Shown here: positions 51,019 through 59,700 of the stretch, in pieces
Numbering within the stretch: the stretch's first letter is position 1
Layout: the number at the start of each line of letters is the position of its first letter
Assembly (NCBI GenBank): GCA_905178155.1
Contig: CAJINV010000003.1
Location: 10,917,367 to 10,981,366 of the forward strand
Source: Amoebophrya sp. A120
Taxonomy: Eukaryota > Protista > Dinoflagellata
Length of the DNA stretch: 64,000 nt
Reading direction: 5' to 3'
Program-made: the position numbers and the translations under genes
The notes under the pieces: model-generated
The model's database searches: none
The model's input: only the letters and a program-made list of their open reading frames with translations
What the model was told of the DNA's origin: nothing

Positions 51019-51458
51019 TTTGTCGAGTTTGTTGTTCTGAAGCGAGTGTGTATAAAGGTTCAAACGGTTATCAAGTTCCCCTGCAGGCAAGACAGATACA
51101 GAGATAGAAGGGCCACCAAAGAAAGCGAAGCACTCACTTCGTGCCCCCACCGGATCTTGCGTCGTCGACTCTCACGAATGCACTCAATCAGCACTCACGT
51201 CACGCAGTCACCACTCACATCACGATATTTCGATTTGTACGACCAGAGCGAGGCGATAGAAAAACTTGAGAACGGGAGCGACTGAAGATCACGGGCATCA
51301 TGTACAGCAGGCTTAATAGCATAAATTTTCTTCGGAACCTTATTGGGTCTTCGTTCCGATGGGGAGCGGATCCGGGGCAACATTTATGATTTATCATCAG
51401 CAAGATTCAGGAGCGTCAATCAGCATTTTGCTTACTTACTTCAAAAACATCAATGGGA

Positions 51459-52673
51459 TTACTTGATCACATTCAGCGGGGCAGAGAGCGGCCAACGGAT
51501 TGCCGTCATCTCCGTGCAATTCACGGAGCAACCGTCGAGATAGGCCGCCATTGTCTGGAACTGCTTCCAGCGGCCCAGCTTCTTGATCGACAAATGGTCC
51601 AGGCCGCCCTGACTCACCGCCTGGGCCCCACCAATGCGGAAGCTGTACAGGCCCCACTCACTTCGAGTCGTGTTGACCTTCTTGTTCGGGATCTTGCACC
51701 GCTCCAGGATGCTTGCAAAACAGCGGCGGTGGAGCGTCATGGGCTGTTGACTCCAGGCGGCCCAGGCCGCGTCCGAAACACAGTGCGCCGCGCAGAGCTT
51801 CCGCGACAAGCCGGCAGTGACAGACAAGTCACAGGAACACCGGAACGACGCATCAAAGCCGCGACCCCCCTGGTCGACCTTCGACTTCGACAAGTGATAT
51901 CGCGCATCGCCCGAAGGCGTTATCGTGCGCGAGAGGTCTCGCAGCTCGTCCGGGCGGGACAACAACAGCCAAGCCGAAACCGCAAACCCCAACCACTCCG
52001 CGCAGGAAAACTGTTGCCCCTTATGCTCAACCTTTGTATCATCGGCGGCGGTAATCACGTCAACAGCGGCCCAGAAGCTACAAAGAACGGGCTTCTCCTG
52101 GCTTGGGCTCGCGTCCAGCTGTAGAATTTTGAAACACCGGGCGTACTCCGCCTGCAAGGTGGCCGACCAGGACACCTTGCCATCTACACTCGCCTTGATG
52201 TTGGCAAGGTATATCGCCGCACTATTATCGATGCCGCTGCACTTGTGCAAAACTGCGGCAATGAGCCGAAGCTTTTCTTCGTCGAGCGGGGCCCCGACTT
52301 CCCAGCCCATCGCACTGCAGATCGGGCTGACGTATTTGCTCACCACGAAACCCTGCGCCGCTTTCGTCCTGGAGGCGTACTGCCGACCCGCGAAATCTTG
52401 CACAAGCTTCTCGCGGAAGGCTTTGTTCTGTAGCTTCTCAATGATCTGCCCAAGTGGCAGTTTGCCACCCTCGTCGGCGGCCGCAGCAGCCGCTTGCGTA
52501 TCCTTCGATCTGTCGAACCTCCGTTTCTTGGCCGCGGGGGGAGGGGCGGTCGGGGACCTATCTTTCTTCTCGTCGGCTGGGGGTTTGTTACTAGCTACTG
52601 CCGCACTACTGCTGCTAACGCCGGTCGAGGCGTAAAGCATGGCCCCGTACATCGCAGCCTCTTCAATGTCCAT
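51459..52673 (-). CDS. Tyrosine recombinase of the retrotransposon
   Basis: LLLSRPDEL (catalytic R), SKSKVDQGGRG (K), YSFRIGGA (HxxR position), LGRWKQFQTMAAYL (W and catalytic Y), the pattern of DIRS-order YRs. Confidence 0.9.
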   Translation of the reverse strand: MDIEEAAMYGAMLYASTGVSSSSAAVASNKPPADEKKDRSPTAPPPAAKKRRFDRSKDTQAAAAAADEGGKLPLGQIIEKLQNKAFREKLVQDFAGRQYASRTKAAQGFVVSKYVSPICSAMGWEVGAPLDEEKLRLIAAVLHKCSGIDNSAAIYLANIKASVDGKVSWSATLQAEYARCFKILQLDASPSQEKPVLCSFWAAVDVITAADDTKVEHKGQQFSCAEWLGFAVSAWLLLSRPDELRDLSRTITPSGDARYHLSKSKVDQGGRGFDASFRCSCDLSVTAGLSRKLCAAHCVSDAAWAAWSQQPMTLHRRCFASILERCKIPNKKVNTTRSEWGLYSFRIGGAQAVSQGGLDHLSIKKLGRWKQFQTMAAYLDGCSVNCTEMTAIRWPLSAPLNVIK

Positions 52674-52691
52674 CTTGGGTGGGCGGGCGGG

Positions 52692-52915
52692 ACAAAAAAT
52701 TCACGACCTACAAAACGGTGTAGGATCACCTCACTGCATGTACCAGAGGACCCTTGCCGGTCGTGCGATCTCTTACAAGTTTCATAATTTCATTAAACGC
52801 CAAACCATACCAGCCCTGTTTAAAGTCATTAAGAAACTTGAAGAGAGTCGACGACCAAGAGAACCCGAACATCAGCAAAAACCCCTTCAGCAAAGTTGTG
52901 AACTTCAGCGTTCAC
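52692..52915. repeat. Internal B+A junction copy of the split direct repeats
   Basis: B (52692-52793) abuts A (52793-52915), sharing one T, so it reproduces the join of the two element ends. Confidence 0.95.
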
Positions 52916-53416
52916 ATTTCTCAAATATTTCTTTCAATTCACTGGCTGTGACCTCGTACTTTGGCGTGGTGGTGCGCGCGAGCAAATCAACGCAAATCTT
53001 CTGAATCAAGTGCAAAACCTGAAGGCCGACAAAAACGAGCCTTTCAGGTCATCACGCTGAGGCTCCTGTTGTGACAGTACAAAGGCAGACCCGGGAGGAG
53101 CTATCTCAGCATCTGTGGATCGGTCAGCCCAACACAAGGCTGGGCCGACGTCACTCTACAACGAGCTCCATGCCCGGATCTGCGCGAAAATGCGCTGCGA
53201 GGCACACTTCCTCCACAAGACCCCCAAAAGGTAGCGAAGCAACGACTGAGCCGAAGCAACGCAAAAAGCTGCACGCGCCTCACCTCGCATCACACTCTTG
53301 CGCTCAGTCACGCGAACATCATCGAACTTCAACGAATCAGACTACGGAAGCTGGGGGTGGCGTGTCGTGCTTCCTTGGACACTCTCCTCCTGAACCACAT
53401 GCATCACGTCACGCCC

Positions 53417-53518
53417 ACAAAAAATTCACGACCTACAAAACGGTGTAGGATCACCTCACTGCATGTACCAGAGGACCCTTGCCGGTCGTGCGATCTCTTA
53501 CAAGTTTCATAATTTCAT
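53417..53518. repeat. Split direct repeat B, terminal copy (102 bp)
   Basis: ACAAAAAATTCACG...CATAATTTCAT, identical to 52692-52793. Confidence 0.95.
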
Positions 53519-53776
53519 AAATCATAGTGCCCTGAGGATCAGCGTTGTATTCTGATTCCGGTCGTTGTCATCGTCTATGATACCGCGATTTGTATTTTTT
53601 CTCCTTGTGGGGACTTCGTGTTTGCGTGGTACACCCAGATCGTGATTATTTCTACGAGTTCCTGCTGTGCAAGTGCAGCTTGCTGCGTAGATTGAGATTT
53701 TATGTGATGTTTTTGTTGTTGAACCTTTGGAACAATGTTGACAAGAATATAAGGGCGGGTGAGTGTTGATTCGACC

Positions 53777-56700
53777 ATGGAAGCGCCGGCCGCAAGCTTT
53801 GCTCCTGAGTCCGGGACGCGGTCTTCTCCCGAGGAAGTACAACAACCTCAAGAGGACAGAGCCGCAGCGTCTTCGCGATCGCAATGTAGTGGTGGATGGT
53901 TCTCCACCACAAAAAGCGCGCTCCATCAGATATTTCTGATGGATAATCTGAATGTGTATTCTGTGTTGAGCCTCGAGGCATGGTGCAACGCCGTCAAGGA
54001 CGGGCTTTGGATGCGACTCATGTCCGTCTACGTCTTGGTTCTCTTCGCCGGCGACCCCCGCAACGCCGGCGTCGTCCTCATGGTAAGCGGGTTGACCCGC
54101 GCCTTGTCGGGCGTGGTTACCGGCACACTGCTTGTGCCCGCCTCCAGTGCCGACGTGCTGCTGCAGGCGGCCGGCTGGCTTGGCATTTTGGGATTGCTGG
54201 CGAACACGTTCACATTCTGGACCGCCCGAGCCGCAATTTGCAATCCTCAGACAGGAGTCTTCTCGAACTTGTTCAGCAGCATTATTTTTTTGGCGCGTGA
54301 AGATGAAAACGTGGAAGAAGATCTTCCTCGTGGCCCCGCTCTGACATGGATCGGTGACGTTGGGACCAGAGGACAGACATTGCTTCATTCTCCGGAGAAC
54401 GCTGCGAAAGCAGTGAACGCTTTTGATGCCGGGGGTGCGTTTTTACGGAGTGACGTAGGTGAGACCTACCATATCCACAGTAACAAATTTCCCGTACACG
54501 TAGAATGTGAATGAATGCGGTTTCTGCAGCATGACTACAAGCTTTTCGTCCTGCAGTGGTCATATAAAGCATGACAGGTGCGTGGCGTTCTTTAAGTATG
54601 GCGAAATTTGTGCTGGTTTTGGTACTTACGTGAGTTGCAGCTGCAGGGAATTTGTATTTTTGCATATGGATATGCCATCAAGCCGAGGAGTTTCGCGACG
54701 ACGAGAAGCAGCGCATGCTGTTTCTCAAGGTTTTGGCAGTCAACTTCATTTGGGGTCTGTTCACTGGCATCTCAAATGCCAGTGGAGAGGTGGCATGGGC
54801 GCGTTCAGTGGTGTCCGAGAAGCGCGTCGATGCGAATCTGGGTCGGCAAATGCTGAACAAAGCTACCACCGCCTGCGGGCCCTTGCTCGGCATTTTGTTT
54901 GTGATGTCTCTCCAGCACAACGACAAGAACCAGGTTCAGTTTGCAAGCAGAAGTGCCGCGGACACGACAGTAGAACATGCTCAGACCACTCCTGGCTACA
55001 CCCCGCGAGGAGGAGCTCCAAGGGCCTCCGAATCCGACATGACGTTCTTTGACCGCAGTTCTGCGCTCAACATACTGAATGCGCCGCCAACCACTTCCGG
55101 TTCTGACGTGAGGCCACTTGAGCGCAGTTCAACATCAACTTTGGACACGCGGACGAAGCTGCGCGAGCTTCGGGACGCGGGCTGGTCGCTCGAGATGCTG
55201 AACCACGTGATGCTCCTCGGCACGCTGCTGACCGTGGTTCCGGTTGTGACCTGTTTCTTTATGCATTGCAAATATGTCTGGGTCTGGAAGACAGTAACTT
55301 GTGATGCTAAATCTGCATCATGCTAAAATCTATCTGTGTTGCATAAGTGCCAAAAGCTTTCCACTTTCGACCAAGTTGGGAACGGATTTCTCATGCAGGA
55401 CAGGCATGACAGAGACCTCGCAGAGTTTGTCATGCTAGGCCCCGCATTCCAGACCTCATGGGTCATGGAAAATCTGCATGACAAGTTGCATTCTTCCAGA
55501 CCCAGACATATTTGCATTTAATATTCTTCTTTGATCAGCGATTCGAGATGCGTCAGAAAATTCTACTGCGCGAGATTCGAAAGCTGGTTTTCCTCTATGG
55601 AAGCGTCAGGTTTGAAATCGTCAAAGTTGAAATAGTTTGCCATGCATAAAATGCAGCCCTCAAAGTGCCTGTCTTGCAGAGTAGGCAAGTGAGGCAGATT
55701 GTAAGCCTTTTGAGGGATAGAAACTGAGCTGCTAAAGTAGCATGACAAAAGGCGTCTTTCTTACCCAAACAGCATGACAAACTGGATTTCGGCTCTACCC
55801 AAATTTGTCATGCGCTACTTGGAAACTGGGTCACGACTTTCATCCATTCTATGCATTACAAGTTATTTCAACTTTGTCGATTTCAATCCTGACACATCCA
55901 TATCCTCGATCCCGAAGTTGTCCCTGTCGCAGCAGAGGGAGTTAGCGACGGTGCCTACAACTTGGCACCACCTCCTCTAGGTCCGCCGCCGACGGGAAAT
56001 ATTAAGGCAGATGAAAGAAAAAATGAAGGTAAGAGGGAGAAGATGAAGATGAATCAGCCTTACAGGAGAACCTCCTCTGCTGCCGGAGGGGTCGGAGTCC
56101 GTGTTGAGGGGTTGGGGGATGAGAAAGTAGGCTCAGGCTTTCAACACCATCATCTCGATCCAGCTGCAAGTGCCCGAGCGCTGTCGACATCAATGGGCAC
56201 ATCAATCATGGCCAAGAAGCTGCGACCCAGGCCCAGCGGCATCCAGCTTGGCGATTTCTGCCACAAGGTTGAACTCTATTGCGACAGGCTGACAAAGTAC
56301 AGCTTTGTCGCTGCCCGTCCCGGCTTTGTTCGCCTCAGCTACCCTATCCGGCCCTCTTCGCGGTACGCCAGTCTGTCGGTTTTGAAGAAAACGACTTTGG
56401 AGGAAACGGATCTGCTGCTTGGAAAATCCTACGACGCGACAATTAACTTAGCGCCATTATTCTTTGATGAAAATGGCACGTCACTTCTGTCGAATAAGCA
56501 GCGCTCTCTTATGAACCACTTCTACAACCTGCACACACACCAGGAGCTGCTTGGGAATAAGGAACATGCTATGGGAGATGAAAGAGGACCTCCGCCAGTG
56601 GGAGGACGACCAGGTGAACATGAGACCGCCGCCAGCAACGCAAGCAGGAGGACAGATGATGATGACAATAAAGGCAGCTCTGGTTGTGCTGATCGTTGGA

Positions 56701-59700
56701 GCACTTCTAGTACTTCTGCAGCCGCAGAGCCGGAGCCGGAGCTACACAAACAACAGAAGTTGAAGCTCGTGCTCCGCATTCCAGAGGTGGACCCCTTGGT
56801 GAAAGTGGTTTTCAAAGACAGCAGCCAAGCGCCCCTGCGCGCCACACTCAGCAATCTGAAAATCTTCCTGGATCCGGTCAAGTCGGTGGACTGTCAGACA
56901 TCGACCATTGTCTGCTCGCTCTCCCCAGAAAGCGACGAGGCCAAAATCCTCAAGCGAAGTCTGGCTGCCTCCTCGGACTCCCTGATGTCGAGAATAGGCG
57001 AGATCGTCTCCTTGCGCTCCACATTCCATACCTGCTACAGGCTCTACAAGTGGTGCGGTCACTGGCGGCGCAGCTGCGACATCAAGAGCTCCACCTCGCG
57101 CGCAGATCAGGACGCCTCTTCTTTTCCCGGGTCTGATGCGCGCGAGCGCTCCGCGGCTTCTCAAACAGATGCGCAGCCAGCATTGGAAGTAGCGAACCAC
57201 AGCTGTACTAGCAGAGAGAAGTTCACGACGACGAAACACGACCCCAGGGCGAGCAGTATTGACGTCACGTCCATTGAGGCTGCACTTTTTTCCCCTCAGA
57301 GTCGTGACGCATCGAAAAACTCGACAGACAATTTTTTGCGGTCCGCATCGATCCCGCTGCTCAGCGAGAAAAAGACACGGTATGAACGAGCAAGCGCGAA
57401 GCCTGAACTTCGAGGAGGCACGCAGGTAGAAGTCTCTAGAACGGGTAAAAATGACGCAGCACCCGCTTCTTCCTTTCCCGGAGCTCAGCACCTGCAAAAG
57501 GATTGCGTGGGCACAAGTTCTCTCAGCCAGCCCTTGCTCAAAAATATCGATATTAATAGCCCCGCCGGAACCACAGACCATCTTGGTCTGAGCCCGATCA
57601 TTGCAGAGGCCTATCGGAAGCACCGCAAGCAGATAAGTGAGGAGGTAGGTACACGTCGAGAGCGAAACCGAGACCGGATATTTCGCGACCTCCAGCTGGA
57701 AGACGAACAAGAAGGCCGAACTTTTGCACCCGAGTCTGCACGACCTCCACCTGAGGACAAGCAGGTCCCGCTGGGACCGCAACATGCTAGCGCAGCAGAG
57801 ATGATGAAAAAGGCTACAAAACAAGAAGGGGCCAACTTCGACGAAAAGTTAGTGCCGCCCCGCCCGTCAACCGGAATCGTGAAACTTGATCGCAACATGC
57901 GTAAGCAGCAGCTTCGGGTGAAAATGCAGCCCGCGCCAGGCGAAAAGGGCAACGTCAAGAAATCTTTCGGGAGTAGCGCTTACCGACCCAATCTTTATGG
58001 TGCCCGCGTGATTCTGGGATGCGATCTATTGAACGCGGTGGCGACCGGGTTTTCCGGGAAGTTGATTCCTTTGTTTCTGGTGCAGCACTACGGCTTCTCA
58101 CCGGTGGATGTGCTGTGGGTGGCCTTTTTTTCCAACGTGTGTGCTGTTTGGGTCGCACCGTACACAAAAACCGTCATCAGCTGGACCCGAGACCGTGGCT
58201 ACCCAGGAAAAGCTGGCGTCTTGCTGGTCTGGCTCCTTGGTGCGGGGCTGTTTGTATCCCCCAGAAAAGTGCACGCATGCTCATACCCGAAAACATATAT
58301 ATCAACCCGCACCACGGGGAGGTTTTAGTGCAAGTGCTACAACGGGGCTGCTCTGTGCTGCTCAACATGACAAACTTTTCTGATACTTTTCGCACGCGAA
58401 TTGCAATCGCTGGAGCGCGTATAGCATTACAATTTACAACAAAGAAGCATGCATATTATATATAGCATTTTGCATGACAGAGTAAACATGAAATTTCCCC
58501 TCTCGTTGCGTTCGTATTTTTCGGAATTTTTCAGTGACACCCACACCACTTCAGCAGCGCAACTTCTTTTTACCTCTCATGCCTGTGCTTTTCTGTGACT
58601 ATGGGATAGTTTTCCGTCTTGTGTCTACCGCTGGAAGACTTCCTCGCTCGGGAGACCGCCCGGTAAGCATAGCAAATATGTTTGTATTCTAGGTTTGAAA
58701 ACTTGTGTATCTGCTGTTGATACACAAGTTGCAGAGAAGCGGCTGCTTGCACGACGTAGCAGCATCGCAAGTTTTTCGTTGCACCAGTCTTTTTATTGCA
58801 GGTTTATTGTCATTCGTCAAAGAACGCATAAAGAGCACGAAAAAATAGCTGGAGGTGACCACTTGGACGATTCACGATCACGCGCCACACATCTTGTTGC
58901 CCTTGAATTCTTGCCAGACAAATCCACACCTAGACTACACATTTGCAATGCATAAGCGCTGGCTTACGACAATTGCGATAATTTTGCGCATATCAAGTGT
59001 AAATATGTTTGGGTCTACTTAAAGGTCAAAGTTGCCGTGATGCTGGTTGGTCGTGAGTCAGGAGCTTTCTTGATCACGCCTTGATTTTTGACGGCCAGGA
59101 ATTTTTTGATGAGGAGGTGTTGCCCATTCTGCATATCAAACTGCGCTCCATCTGTATGTCCGAAATGAAGAATTGGGCTTCGGTTTGCTGCGTAATGTGC
59201 ATGACATACTTGAGGGTTAAGGTTATGCAAGCCGAACATGACCACAGTGACAAATTTTGCACTCATTCTGCTTCTCGAGTAGACCCAGACATATTATTTG
59301 CCATGTATAGGCCAATGCAGTGAACGGTTCCGCGAAAAGCTACCTCCGGGCGAAGCTGGTGAGCTACCTCCCGCACGACAAACTTCCAAACTACATGGCT
59401 TGGGACACGCTCAACAAGGCACAGCAGGGCGGGCTGGTCATTTTCGGGTCGCAGCTCGTCTTTTTCGGTGGCTACCGGTTCTGTTTTGCGTTGACGCTTA
59501 TCTTCTTGGCCTTCCGGTGGCTGGTATTCTACTGGTTTATCGCTTCTACGCACGGCCGCAACTGGTACCGCCTGGATGAAAGAAGTGCTACCTCCTCCGA
59601 AGTGCAAAAAGTTCAAGTTTCAAGCAGCAGTATTACGTTCGGCGGAGTAGGGGTTCCAAATCCAGTGACGACTGGGGGTAAAAACATCGGTGTTGCCACC

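Larger units (their letters stand above)
47703..53518 (-). mobile_element. Tyrosine-recombinase (DIRS-order, PAT/Ngaro-like) retrotransposon with split direct repeats
   Basis: Repeat layout A(47703-47825)...B(52692-52793)A(52793-52915)...B(53417-53518), copies identical by eye. Encloses YR, CCCH gag-like and RT ORFs. No target-site duplication. Confidence 0.9.

Noticed and set aside
50287-52635. Plus-strand ORFs within the retroelement
   Set aside because: Antisense shadows of the GC-rich gag and YR genes.
47703-52915. Repeat A pair as LTRs of a Gypsy/Copia element
   Set aside because: No TG...CA ends, TSD, protease or DDE integrase; the YR and the B repeats indicate the DIRS order.
56742-57824. 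360-aa minus-strand ORF (also 53522-54388, 40931-41710, 7515-8249)
   Set aside because: Antisense to well-supported plus-strand exons, with no recognisable motifs.
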